NCBI GenBank assembly: GCA_038747425.1 | Contig: JBCDJV010000006.1 | Coordinates: 13,470-77,469 of the forward strand | Origin: Bacteroidota bacterium | Lineage (GTDB): Bacteria > Bacteroidota > Rhodothermia > Rhodothermales > JBCDJV01 | DNA: 64,000 bases | Reading direction: 5' to 3' | Shown: positions 35,686 through 46,200 of the stretch, one piece after another | Layout: the number at the start of each line of letters is the position of its first letter | How positions within the stretch are numbered: the stretch's first letter is position 1 | The notes under the pieces: model-generated | What the model was told of the DNA's origin: nothing | The model's input: only the letters and a program-made list of their open reading frames with translations | Database searches by the model: none | Position numbers and translations under genes: made by a program

Positions 35686-36480
35686 TTAGCTAGCAGCGGC
35701 GACCGTCTTGGTGGAGCCAATCTCCCAACCTTCGGCCTCGCTCTTGGCGCGGGCGATGGCGTAGATCATGACACCGTATCCGGCCTTGGCCGCCACGTCG
35801 GCGATGGTGTATCCGACCTGGATGATCACCTCAGCACCGGCACCACTCACGCCCAGGAACGGACCCATGTAAGCGATCGGGTAGAAGCCCCAGGTGAAGA
35901 GCAGCAGCAGGCGGATGTTCTTGAGAAGCACGCGCGGACGCTCAGGCTGTGTCTCGATGGCCTTGCCCAGCTCGCCCCAGAGGACGACGAGGATGTAGGC
36001 GAACGGAATCGAGCTCAGCGTGCCCCAGATGGCGCGCGTCGTGTTGTCATCGCTGACCTCACCCGGGTACCCGAGCGCAATCATGAGAGCCGAGGCGATG
36101 ATGAGCTTCGTGAGCAGGCCAGCCTGCTTCGACTTCTCGAGGTTCATGACCAGCACCAGCTCCACCACAAGGAGCGGCACCGTCAGCAGCCAGTCCACGT
36201 AGCGGTAGGCGTCGTTGAACGGCTGGCCAGAGGCCATGTACATGCCGTTCGTCAGCGTGTAAGCGCCTTCCCAGCTACCCAGGATGCGCCAGTAGTGGTA
36301 TCCAGCGATGCCAACCACCAGGGCCGACACCATCATGGAGATCCGATACTTGGGCGCTAGCCGTGACTGAGCCATGATGAAGAACACGAACGCCGCCAGC
36401 ATGGAGGCAATCGTGAACGAGAACATGTTGAAGGCCAGGGAATACTGGCCCATAGTTAGATCGGGCAAGTTGTCGACCAT
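35686..36480 (-). CDS. Xanthorhodopsin-type light-driven proton pump (microbial rhodopsin, DTE motif)
   Basis: RYVDWLLTVPLLVVE gives Asp96/Thr100/Glu107. His62 lies in AGYHYW. The Schiff-base Lys lies in YTIADVAAKAGYG. Leu occupies the PR-105 tuning position. Trp-Gly (AIWGTLSSIPF) is at the position of the xanthorhodopsin antenna-permissive Gly156. The protein is colinear with S. ruber xanthorhodopsin as I recall it. Confidence 0.95.
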   Translation of the reverse strand: MVDNLPDLTMGQYSLAFNMFSFTIASMLAAFVFFIMAQSRLAPKYRISMMVSALVVGIAGYHYWRILGSWEGAYTLTNGMYMASGQPFNDAYRYVDWLLTVPLLVVELVLVMNLEKSKQAGLLTKLIIASALMIALGYPGEVSDDNTTRAIWGTLSSIPFAYILVVLWGELGKAIETQPERPRVLLKNIRLLLLFTWGFYPIAYMGPFLGVSGAGAEVIIQVGYTIADVAAKAGYGVMIYAIARAKSEAEGWEIGSTKTVAAAS

Positions 36481-36961
36481 ACGGAGTTCCTCCCGGGAGT
36501 GAGTCCCTTAGTTCTTGTAGGTATAGGATGAGTACTGCGCTCTCTTGGTGTTCGCGCAGCGTGGGTGGTGAGTCTGTACGCACGAAAGGTCGTACATGCG
36601 AAAACGATGAAAAGAAACAAACATGTGAACGGGTATGACGGTCACGTAACAAAGACCACTCACTACCACAAATTGGACGATTATCAGGCGTCAGCTCCCA
36701 TCCTGACCCCGGTGGCAGCTCCTTCAAACCGCCCGGTGACGCCCGGGCTGTATCGAAGACACCACCCCTGCCCATCGCCTGTTACGTCGCCTCGTTTTCC
36801 GAGCCCTTTTCTCCGCCTTCCACCTCCCCTGCCTGTGCCGCGACCGGTTGACCTAGGCGTCTGGGTGCGCCCGAACGTGTTGGCCTGTTGACATCTCTTG
36901 ACAACCCGTCCGCACGATGGGTCGTACCTTAAGCCATTCACTACGCCGGTTGCACTGCAGT

Positions 36962-38563
36962 ATGACTACCCGTCACAAAATTCTGGGCCTGCTCATCGGG
37001 CTCGTCGCGCTGCCCATCCTCATCTCCGTAGGGCTTGAAATGCAGTCCGCAGGGAGTCAGGAGGCCCTCATTGAGGCGATCTACGACCAGCAGCTCGACG
37101 GCCTGCTCTATGCCGCTGATCAGCATGCGTATAACGTGACGGACAGTTGGAGCACGTCCATACGCCGTACCCTGGCGGAGCCGCTGCCGCCCACGGCTAA
37201 CGAGGCTATGCGGCAAGAGATGCGCACCAGCACGCTGCGCGCTTTCTTGACGTCCTCGCAATCGGTAGAAGCCCTGCTCCTCTACAGCCGTTCCAGGCGT
37301 TCCCTCCGTTACCTGGGCGTGGACGCGGAGACGGAGCGCCCCGTAGACGTGCTGGATCAAGCTAGGTTGGACGAGCTGACCAAGTTTGCCACCCTCGGCT
37401 ACTGGCCCATCGAGCCTATCCGCTGGACGGAAGACACCGAGGCGCATCCTGCGCTCTTTTTTGCCACCCCTCGAACACCCGATGGCATCGACTTCGTAGG
37501 TCTGGTCGTAGACCCAGAGGCCTTTATTGGATCTGTATTCGTACCTAAAATTGAAGAGGTTTCTAGGGATCAGTTTCACATAGGTATCTTTGCTGACGGG
37601 CAAGAAGACCCGTTGTATGCCACGAGCCCGTTGGTCTTCGACGATGTCAAACAGCTACGTGATATCTGGTTCTTGGAAGGGTACACCCTGGGCATCCGCT
37701 TGGCCGCCGGTACCGTTGAGGCGCTGGTGGAAGACCGCCTTACACAACGCTTGACCGTGATCGGTGTCATCGCCTTGGCCTTGCTGGCCGTAGCGGGTGT
37801 GCTCTACGGCACGGTGCGCCGCGAGATGGAGCTCTCCCGCATGAAGTCTGACTTTGTGTCCAACGTTTCGCATGAGCTGCGGACGCCGCTGGCGCTCATC
37901 CGCATGTTTGCTGAAACGTTGGAGCTAGGTCGGGTGCCTACCGAAGAGCGGCGGCAAGACTACTATCGCATCATCGGCCAAGAGACGGATCGCTTGACGC
38001 GCCTGGTGAACACCATCCTGGACTTCTCGCGCATGGAAGCTGGCGAGAAGACCTACCAGCAGGCCCCGATACAGCTCAATGAGGTGGTCACGGAGGTCCT
38101 GGACGTCTATGCCTACCATCTGGACTCCAAGGGCTTCTCGGTACACGTGGAGCTCACACCCGGCCTGGCGCCCATCCAGGGCGATACCGAAGCCTTGGCC
38201 GAAGCACTGATCAACCTCATTGACAATGCCGTCAAGTACAGTCCGAAGGCTCAGTACCTGGGCGTCCGGACCGGCCAGGAAGAGCACGAAGTGTACGTGG
38301 AAGTGGAGGATCACGGCCTGGGCATCGCTGAAGCCGACCAGAAGCGCATCTTCGACAAATTTGTGCGCGTCTCCTCCGCCCTCGTGCACGACACCAAAGG
38401 CACGGGTTTGGGTTTGGCACTCCTCCGCCACATCATGCACGCTCACCGTGGCCGTGTCACCCTGGACAGTACAGAAGGCGTAGGGAGCCGCTTTCGGTTG
38501 TGGTTTCCCGTGGTCGATCAACCGGCTCTCCATTCCCCTCACCCATCATCCGCTGCCCCATGA
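36962..38563 (+). CDS. Sensor histidine kinase (HisKA + HATPase_c)
   Basis: Two TM segments flank a periplasmic region. H-box FVSNVSHELRTPL, N-box LINLIDNAVKYS, G-boxes DHGLGI and GTGLGLAL. An alternative start is at 36917. Confidence 0.85.
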   Translation: MTTRHKILGLLIGLVALPILISVGLEMQSAGSQEALIEAIYDQQLDGLLYAADQHAYNVTDSWSTSIRRTLAEPLPPTANEAMRQEMRTSTLRAFLTSSQSVEALLLYSRSRRSLRYLGVDAETERPVDVLDQARLDELTKFATLGYWPIEPIRWTEDTEAHPALFFATPRTPDGIDFVGLVVDPEAFIGSVFVPKIEEVSRDQFHIGIFADGQEDPLYATSPLVFDDVKQLRDIWFLEGYTLGIRLAAGTVEALVEDRLTQRLTVIGVIALALLAVAGVLYGTVRREMELSRMKSDFVSNVSHELRTPLALIRMFAETLELGRVPTEERRQDYYRIIGQETDRLTRLVNTILDFSRMEAGEKTYQQAPIQLNEVVTEVLDVYAYHLDSKGFSVHVELTPGLAPIQGDTEALAEALINLIDNAVKYSPKAQYLGVRTGQEEHEVYVEVEDHGLGIAEADQKRIFDKFVRVSSALVHDTKGTGLGLALLRHIMHAHRGRVTLDSTEGVGSRFRLWFPVVDQPALHSPHPSSAAP

Positions 38564-39243
38564 ACCCGCGTATCCTGGTCGTAGAAGATGAGCCCCACAT
38601 GCAACAAGGGCTCCGGGACAACCTGATGTTCGAGGGCTACGACGTAGACGTAGCTGGCGATGGACGGGATGGGCTCGAGCGGCTACGCGCCAACGCCTAC
38701 GATCTCGTTCTGCTCGATGTCATGCTGCCGCACCTATCGGGCTTTGACGTGTGCCGCACCATGAGAGCTGAGGGTATGCACGTGCCGGTCATCATGCTGA
38801 CCGCCAAAGGGCAAGAGATGGACAAGGTGCTGGGGCTCGAACTGGGCGCCGACGATTATGTCACGAAGCCGTTCAGTCTCCGCGAGCTGCTGGCCCGGGT
38901 CAAGGCGGCGCTGCGACGCCGTGGCCCTGAGGGGGTCAAAGACGACTTTGTCCGCATCGGCCGGCTGCGCATCGACTTTGAAGCCCACGAGGCCTACGAC
39001 GGCGAGGCGTTGGTCTCGCTGACGCATCTCGAGCTGGAAGTGCTGCGGTACATGAACGCGCGTGCCCGGCATCCCGTAAGCCGTGAAGAGCTGCTCCAGC
39101 ACGTGTGGGGGTATGAGACAAACCCCACAACGCGCACCGTGGATAACTTCATCCTGAAGCTGCGTCAAAAGATCGAGACGGATCCCCGCCAGCCTCGCCA
39201 CCTGCTCACCGCCCACGGCATCGGCTACAAGCTGGTGGTGTGA
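38560..39243 (+). CDS. OmpR-family response regulator
   Basis: ILVVEDE...LVLLDVMLP...LTAKG...DDYVTKPF, plus a winged-helix C-terminus (LT.LE.EVLRYM...TRTVDNFILKLRQKIE). ATGA overlap with the kinase stop. Confidence 0.9.
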   Translation: MNPRILVVEDEPHMQQGLRDNLMFEGYDVDVAGDGRDGLERLRANAYDLVLLDVMLPHLSGFDVCRTMRAEGMHVPVIMLTAKGQEMDKVLGLELGADDYVTKPFSLRELLARVKAALRRRGPEGVKDDFVRIGRLRIDFEAHEAYDGEALVSLTHLELEVLRYMNARARHPVSREELLQHVWGYETNPTTRTVDNFILKLRQKIETDPRQPRHLLTAHGIGYKLVV

Positions 39244-39280
39244 TCCACGCTGGCCCCGGCCGCGTATTTCGCCGAACGCT

Positions 39281-40408
39281 ATGATTCGCACGCTCTTTCT
39301 GATCAGCTTGACGCTCGGAGGCGCCGCCACGCTGTGGTCTGCCCAGGCGCCGTCGGCTGAGCGATCGTCTGCGAAAGATCGGTGGGTGGAGTGGGTGAAT
39401 CTGCGGGGCAAGTGGCGCATTGCCCTGGGCGATGATCCCGCCTGGGCCTCGGTGGAGCACGATGACAGCCAGTGGGAGACCATCAAGGTGCCGGCCCGCT
39501 GGGAAGATGAAGGGTTCTATGGCTACGACGGCTATGCGTGGTATCGCCGGACCTTCTTCGTGGATGCCATGGCAGAGACGGTCTCCTTGGCGCTCCACCT
39601 GGGCCGGATCGACGACGTCGATGAGGTCTATGTGAACGGCATCCTCATCGGTCAGTGTGGGCAAGCAACGCCCACGCACAAGACGGCCTACCACATCTTT
39701 CGCGAATACCCTGTCCCGGCCCACGTGCTGCGATTTGGTGAACGCAACGTGGTGGCCGTGCGAGTGTATGATGACCACCTGGAGGGAGGAATCGTGGAAG
39801 GGCCTCGCATCGGACTGTACGAAGACACGTGGGCTCCGTCCATGCTGCTCAACTTGGCGGGTGTCTGGAAAGCCAAGCAAGGCGATGACGGCGCCTGGGC
39901 TCTCCCCGAGATCGTGGACGAAGCCTGGACGTCGCTCCAGGTCCCCATGCCGTGGGAAGGCCAGCAGCAGTGGGAGGGCTATGACGGCTATGCCTGGTAC
40001 CGAATTCGCTTTCCCACGCCCTCGGTTCCGAAAGAGGACTCCCTCCTTTTCGTCATGGGCAAAGTGGACGACCTCGACGAAACCTTCCTGAATGGGATCC
40101 GGATTGGGGCCACGGGCGATATCAAGGAGGCTCGCGTGCAAGGAGACGAGTGGCAGATGACGCGGGCCTATGCGGTTCCCACATCCATGCTGCGGCCCCC
40201 CGGCCAAGGCGACAATGTAATCGCCGTGCGGGTGTATGACGGACTCATCGACGGCGGGATCTTCGAAGGGCCGGTGGGCCTGATGACGCGGCCTCAATAT
40301 GAGGACTGGCTCCAGTTCGACAGCGAGAACCCGGAGGTGTACTGGGAGCGCCGGGGCCAGGAGGAGGGCTTCTGGGAATGGCTCCGCTTTCGGCTCTTCG
40401 GCGGCTGA
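39281..40408 (+). CDS. Secreted protein with two galactose-binding/GH2-sugar-binding-like jelly-roll domains
   Basis: Signal peptide. Internal duplication: W..IKVPARWEDEGFYGYDGYAWYRRTFFV... versus W.SLQVPMPWEGQQQWEGYDGYAWYRIRFP.... Both halves end in NV(V/I)AVRVYD....GGI.EGP. No catalytic domain seen. Confidence 0.6.
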   Translation: MIRTLFLISLTLGGAATLWSAQAPSAERSSAKDRWVEWVNLRGKWRIALGDDPAWASVEHDDSQWETIKVPARWEDEGFYGYDGYAWYRRTFFVDAMAETVSLALHLGRIDDVDEVYVNGILIGQCGQATPTHKTAYHIFREYPVPAHVLRFGERNVVAVRVYDDHLEGGIVEGPRIGLYEDTWAPSMLLNLAGVWKAKQGDDGAWALPEIVDEAWTSLQVPMPWEGQQQWEGYDGYAWYRIRFPTPSVPKEDSLLFVMGKVDDLDETFLNGIRIGATGDIKEARVQGDEWQMTRAYAVPTSMLRPPGQGDNVIAVRVYDGLIDGGIFEGPVGLMTRPQYEDWLQFDSENPEVYWERRGQEEGFWEWLRFRLFGG

Positions 40409-40427
40409 GGCCGCGCTTGCAGGCCGC

Positions 40428-42068
40428 CTACCGCACCAGAACTAACGTTTGGGTTTCATCCAGCGTGATCCCAGCGAAGCCCTCCACCGTCAGCCGCGCA
40501 AAGTAGACGCCAGGTGCGAGGCCCTCGGCGTTGAAGGCATGAGCGTACCACCGCCGCCCCTCCACGAACCCGTCGGCCAAGGTCGTAATTTCACGGCCCG
40601 TGGTATCGTAGAGCCGAAGGAGCACGAACCCGTCGTCGTCCAGGTAATACCGGATCGTGGTCTGGTCCTGAAACGGGTTCGGGAAGGTCTCGGTGAGGAC
40701 GCTCTGGGTGGGAAACTCGATCTCCACAACGGTGGTGGCCAGCAGCTGCTCGCGACCGGTGCTGCTGATCCCAAACAGCCGGTAGGTCACCTCGCCAGGG
40801 CCTACGGTGTTGGCATCCGCGATGCTCAGGGACTCGACGGTGGTGCCTTCGAAGATCACCTTCTCTTGGGGGCCAAAGACGCGCACCACCCGGTACGAGA
40901 CGATATCGCTCACCTCCACGAAGTCCCACGAAATGGCTACCACCCCGTCGGGGTCTACCTCCGCGATGACGGTGGCCTGTCCAATCGGCTGGTTGCCCAC
41001 GAGGAGCAGCTCTGTCATCGCCTCCTGAAATTCGTCGAGGAGTTCGTAGTTGTTATCGCCGGGGCAGGCGGTGCTTCCGAAGTCCCGGTGGCCTCGAAGC
41101 TGCCTCGGCGCTACGCCATACGTCTCCGAGAGGAACGCGAGCAGCACCTCAAGGGAAGCCCGCGCCTCGGGGGTGATTTCGTCGCGGCAGGAGCCGCCCT
41201 CCGGGGGGTGGAAGCAGCCGAGCAAGCAGATGCCAATATTACCGGTGTTGGCGCCCCCGGCATGGGCCCCTTGAACCAAGACCGGGCCGCTCTCCAGCGT
41301 CACATTCCCATTCAGGAAGGGGCGGCCCTGAAAGACGTTGCCGCCCTTGTCGATCACGAAGTGGTACCCGATGTCGCTCCAGCCGCGTCCATTCTGGTGG
41401 AAGTCCTGAATGCGTTTCACCTGTTCCTTGCCGTCCTCCAGGGTGGTGGCACTGAAGCCCGCTGCGTGATGCACGGTCAGGAAGTCGTAGGAGGGCCGGG
41501 CCAGGCGGATAGGCGATCCGCGGAAGGACGAGGCGCCCCAGGCTGATCGGGTAACGAGGGGCGGGGGCACGATCAGGTCATTGTCCTCGAAGAACCGTTG
41601 GTCCTCCTCACCCCGGGGCGGCAACAGGGCGGCCTCGGGCCACCAGCGAAAAACGCCTGCGCGGAGGCCCTCTAGCGGCGCGCCATCCGGGACGACAATA
41701 CGCACCTCGAACGGCTGCCCTTTGTAGAGATCGGCCCCCCGGTAGGCCGCCATGAAGAAGCCATCGGTAAAGGAGGGCACGATGTAGAGGGGATGCCAAG
41801 CCCCCCAGCCGTCATCCGTCGCGAAGCGCACCTCGCCTGTCACGTCCTCGGCGGAGCCTCGCACGATGCCATGCAGGGCCACCCCGTTGTAGGTGCGCTG
41901 CGCCCCCTGGGCACGCAAGGTCACGGTACGTGCCGCTCCCTGAAAGCTAGATCCCGTGATCTCCAGGGCCACAGCCTCGTCCACGACATCATCCACAGAC
42001 TGCCCCCAGGCGGTCGCAGCGCTAGCGAAGAGCAGGAGGCAGAGAACAGAGCAGAGGCGGCGGGCCAT
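40428..42068 (-). CDS. N-acetylmuramoyl-L-alanine amidase (Amidase_2/PGRP-like) with T9SS C-terminal sorting domain
   Basis: TVHHAAG...IQDFHQNGRGWSDIGYHFVIDKGGNVFQGRP...GAHAGGANTGNIGICLLG. The C-terminus FPNPF...LRLYDTTGREI...GVYFARL...LVLVR is a T9SS type-A CTD. ATG at 42068 gives a signal peptide. Confidence 0.8.
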   Translation of the reverse strand: MARRLCSVLCLLLFASAATAWGQSVDDVVDEAVALEITGSSFQGAARTVTLRAQGAQRTYNGVALHGIVRGSAEDVTGEVRFATDDGWGAWHPLYIVPSFTDGFFMAAYRGADLYKGQPFEVRIVVPDGAPLEGLRAGVFRWWPEAALLPPRGEEDQRFFEDNDLIVPPPLVTRSAWGASSFRGSPIRLARPSYDFLTVHHAAGFSATTLEDGKEQVKRIQDFHQNGRGWSDIGYHFVIDKGGNVFQGRPFLNGNVTLESGPVLVQGAHAGGANTGNIGICLLGCFHPPEGGSCRDEITPEARASLEVLLAFLSETYGVAPRQLRGHRDFGSTACPGDNNYELLDEFQEAMTELLLVGNQPIGQATVIAEVDPDGVVAISWDFVEVSDIVSYRVVRVFGPQEKVIFEGTTVESLSIADANTVGPGEVTYRLFGISSTGREQLLATTVVEIEFPTQSVLTETFPNPFQDQTTIRYYLDDDGFVLLRLYDTTGREITTLADGFVEGRRWYAHAFNAEGLAPGVYFARLTVEGFAGITLDETQTLVLVR

Positions 42069-42154
42069 AGAAGAGGGTGTGAGCGAGGTGAGATAGGACG
42101 AGCATTGTCGGCTATGGACGCTCGAACACGTAGGTTCCCAGACCCACAGGCCAT

Positions 42155-43207
42155 CTAGAAGCCGAGGTCCAGGGTGAACCAATGGGTTTGCTCCAGGCGG
42201 CCAAACTCGGCGTAGGCATAGTCCACGCGAGCCCGCAGGCTGCGGTCGATGCGCACGTTGAGGCCGGCGCCCAGGGTGAGCCCTTGTTCGCCGTCTTGCT
42301 CGTACAGGTTTCGGTAGCCCGCGCGGAAGGAGATGAGGTCGCGGAAGGTGTATTCGGCACCGAGGTTGACATACTGCGTGTTGTCATTGGGGTTCGTCGC
42401 GTCCGTCATGGCTACGAAGCGGTGCTCGGCCGTGCTGATGGCATCCCAAGCGAGGCCTACGCGGAACATGAGCGGCAAGGCATGGCGCTCCGTCTGGTAC
42501 TGGGCATTGACGATCTCCACATTGCCCTGCTCGTCCCGAGAGGGGTCCTGGCTGAAGAGGTTGTCTCGCCCGCCCATCTGCATCTTGGAGCCGAAGTTGG
42601 AGATGCTGGCGCCCAGGCGCAGCCGTTCCACCGGGGTTCTGAACAGCGTGCCGATATCCACGGCCACGGCCGTGGCTGCGCTGTGCCAGATCGACTCGCG
42701 GATGAACTTAGCCGACCCCCCGATGGAGAACCGGTCTGTCAGCATGCGGCCATAAGTCACCTGCATGGCCAGGTTCTGCACCGAGAACCGCTCGCCGGTG
42801 CCGTCGGGCTGCCGGGTCGTCCGGACGTCCATCTCGCCCGAGTCAAGCAGCGTCAGGGAGAAGCCCAAGGTGCCGAGTGCCCCGAGATTGATCCCAAAGG
42901 CCGCATAGTTGTAGGTGATGTCGGCCAGGTATTGTGTGTAGTTGAACTGGACCGCGGTGCCGCGCAGGAGGCCCAGGCCCGCTGGGTTCCAGTACATGGC
43001 CGAGAGGTCATTGGCCTCGGCCACAAAGGCGCCGCCCAGGGCCACAGGCCGAGCGCCCACGCCCAGCTTCAAGAACTGAGCGGCGGTGGTCCCGGTCTTG
43101 GTGATGGTGCCTTGGTCCGGGTTGACCGATTGGGCCTGGGCCGTGGAGATGGGCCATGCGGCGAGCCCGATCGAAACGGCACAGAGGAGGAAGAAGCGCT
43201 GTAGCAT
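42155..43207 (-). CDS. PorV/PorQ-family outer-membrane beta-barrel protein
   Basis: Signal peptide. GARPVALGGAFVAEANDLSAMYWNPAGLG signature. Alternating beta-strand pattern ending in ...WFTLDLGF. Confidence 0.7.
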   Translation of the reverse strand: MLQRFFLLCAVSIGLAAWPISTAQAQSVNPDQGTITKTGTTAAQFLKLGVGARPVALGGAFVAEANDLSAMYWNPAGLGLLRGTAVQFNYTQYLADITYNYAAFGINLGALGTLGFSLTLLDSGEMDVRTTRQPDGTGERFSVQNLAMQVTYGRMLTDRFSIGGSAKFIRESIWHSAATAVAVDIGTLFRTPVERLRLGASISNFGSKMQMGGRDNLFSQDPSRDEQGNVEIVNAQYQTERHALPLMFRVGLAWDAISTAEHRFVAMTDATNPNDNTQYVNLGAEYTFRDLISFRAGYRNLYEQDGEQGLTLGAGLNVRIDRSLRARVDYAYAEFGRLEQTHWFTLDLGF

Positions 43208-43236
43208 GATGGCGTCGGTTCGTCTGTGTTCGATCG

Positions 43237-46200
43237 CTACTTGATGACGGCAAATTTGCCGATGTGGGTGCCTTCGGGCGAATCCACATGGTAGATGTAG
43301 AGGCCGTACGCGATGTTCATGTTGTCCTTGGTGCGAAGGTCCCAGAAGGCGCGTCCATTTTCGATCCCCTCATTGTGCTCGATGGTATCGACCAGCTCAC
43401 CGGCCAGGCTGTAGATGCGGATGGTGCACTGCGGCGGCAAGTTGGCGAAGTAGAGGCGTCGGTCGCCGCGTTCGGTGTTCGAGAACGGGTTGCGCGGCTC
43501 AATCTCGTTGGTGGCCACATAAGGGTTGGGCACCACGTAGATCTCATCCAGGTTCTCCGCCACCTGCTCGGGGTCGCTGCGGGCCCCTTGCGTGCGGAAG
43601 AGCAGCTGATCGCTCTCGCCGAAGGGCTTGCGGGTGGCCACGTAGAAGATGTCACCGTCTTGGGGCGTCGCTTCAGAGAAGCGCACTTCCCACGTGGCGG
43701 TCTGAGACCGGGTCGGTAGATCCTCAATGAAGATGATCTGCTCATTCACATCCCACGAGCCGTTCCGGTTGACATCCGGGACGAAGGCTTGGATGGGTTG
43801 GTTGGCCTGGGTCAGATTGTAGATGGTGAACGGAAGCTCGAGGTTGGTGCTCACGCTCGTGGAGGGCTCACCGAAGCGAATTTCGTAATCGCTAGGCTGG
43901 GGGAGGCGTCCGGGGCCTGCCGTAGCCGGTAGGACCTCGAAGAGCGTGCTACGGCCACCGGTGGTCCACCCCGTCTGCCCCTGGTCCACTTCGAGGGGTT
44001 CATCCGTCACGAAGAGGTCCAGGCCATCGAACACCAGGTTGCCCTCTTCGCCCGCCAGCCGCGGGCTGGACGCCACTGGCCGGTACTTAAAGACCGCCGT
44101 GAGCGGGTCGTCTTCATTGGCCCCCGTTGTGACGATCACGGTGCCGAGCTCAGGATTGAGGGTGTAGTTCGTCCCTTCAGCCAGGGTGGTGCCGTTGCTT
44201 GTGCGGAGCTCGAACGAACCGGGAAGGATATTACGGAACCCAAGCTGAGCGGACTTCCCGAGGCTGGCCGCCACGATTACCTCCTGAGGCACATCGTTGA
44301 TGACGTCGTAGACCAGCTGACCGTCCTCCTCACGGAAGTCGATGACGAACTGGCCTTCGTCAGGAACGGCTAGCTCATCGACGATGCGGATGTCGATCGG
44401 TCCCGTTCCATTCCCGGAGACGCGCTGCACGCCACCGGCGGCTTCCACGCTGGGCGGCACATAGCCCGCCGTGCGAGGACCAGGGATGACGCGGACCGTG
44501 TTCACGTCAAAGATATACGAGTCCGTGGTGGGGTCGTAGGTGATGGTCTTCGAGGTTTCGCTGGGGGGGATGCCTCCTGCGCCCAACTCGCTGGCCTCGG
44601 TGAAGCCACGGTCGTAGGCGACCACCGTGTAGAAGTAGGTCTGCCCATTGACCACGTTGTTGGAGTCCACGTAGCTATGGAACAGGCCGGTGTCATCGCC
44701 CAGGTCATATGCGACGCCGCGCCGTGGGAAGGGCACTGACGAGGGGCCGGTGATTCCGTTCTTGAGGTCGAACTTAGCCTCGACGCCCACGCTATTGGTA
44801 TGCGGGGCGAAGAGGAAGCTAGACCCGTTGATGTCCGTGATCGTTTGCTGATCACTGAACAAGGGGTCTGTGGAGCGGTAGATGACGTAGCCCTCGAAGT
44901 CACGCTCATTGGAGAGCGGATCCACGGATGCTTCGGCGCGGTCATCCCAATACAGTGTTACCTGGCCGTCGCCAGGCACGGCGCGGACGATGGGCTTCTC
45001 AGGCGGCTTCGCAAACCGGTAGCCTACGTCGTAGATCTGCTGCACTGTCTCGGCGTTGAGCACCAGATCCTCAAAGTTTTCCCCCAAGATCAAGGCGATA
45101 GAGAAGCGCTTGGTCTCGCCCGCGCGCAGCGAGATGGGGCCGGAGCCATACAGGAAGACATAATCTCCGGGCTCAGACGGAATATCGTCGAAGCGACCGG
45201 GCTGTACGAAGTCCCACACGCGCTCATCGTTGGATACGCGGTTGCCTGCGAAGGGCGGCGACGCAAAGGAGGTCAGCCCGATCTGGTCGGACTCGTCGAT
45301 GTCCGTGAACTCGAAGTTCGGCTCCCCGGGCTTGGTGATATCGAACGGGTCGCCCGCGGTGGGCAGGCCGTCGTCTTCGCCCTCATCGCCGGTGCCGGGG
45401 ATACCGTCGATCCCCACGTCGTCGCGCTCCGGATTCCAGTCGCCATCATTGTCGATGCCGTCAGTCCACGATTCGTCGACCAACCCATCGCCGTCATTGT
45501 CGATGCCATCGCCGGGGAAGGCCTGGCCATTGATGACTTCGTTGCCAATGCCGGGGCTCTCCAGGAAGATGTACCCAAAATAGCCTGGCTCTCGGCCGGC
45601 GATGTCCGAGATGCCATCGGAGTCGAACGCAAAGACCATGTTGAGGTCGCGATCGAAGAAGGCGAGGTCATCGAACCAGTTGCGCGGACCGCCCACGTGC
45701 GGGTCGCCCCACATCCCGAAGATGACGTTTTCGAGATCGCGGTCACTCTTGTTGGTGATCTTGTAGATGAGGAAGATCGCATCCTCAGCCAGGGGGTTGG
45801 CCCACTGGTAGAGGCGCGTCTCGATCTCCAACCCTAGGCCCTTGCGGGTGGTGTCTGGCCAGAAGGGGAAGTAGCCGAATTCCTGGTTGGCGTAGTCGTT
45901 CATGAAGTAGAGCGCCTCTTTGTCGGCATTGGACGCCCCCTGTTGGAGGGCACCGGGCCACACAAAGCGCTCCAAGTTGTCGTTGTACCAGGACTCCGGC
46001 CAGGAGTCGGGCTTGCCATCCAGGTTGGCGTCGGGCGCGTCGCTGGTGGGGATGCGGCTGGAGGTGGGCTCGACCACCTGGAGACCGTCGAAGAGGCCGC
46101 CTACCGGCAGGGTACAGGGGATGGGCTGCCAGCCCCAGAACGTCGACCCATCCGGCGAGACCTCGCCGCCGTTGGAGACCAGGCCATCAGACACGATGCG

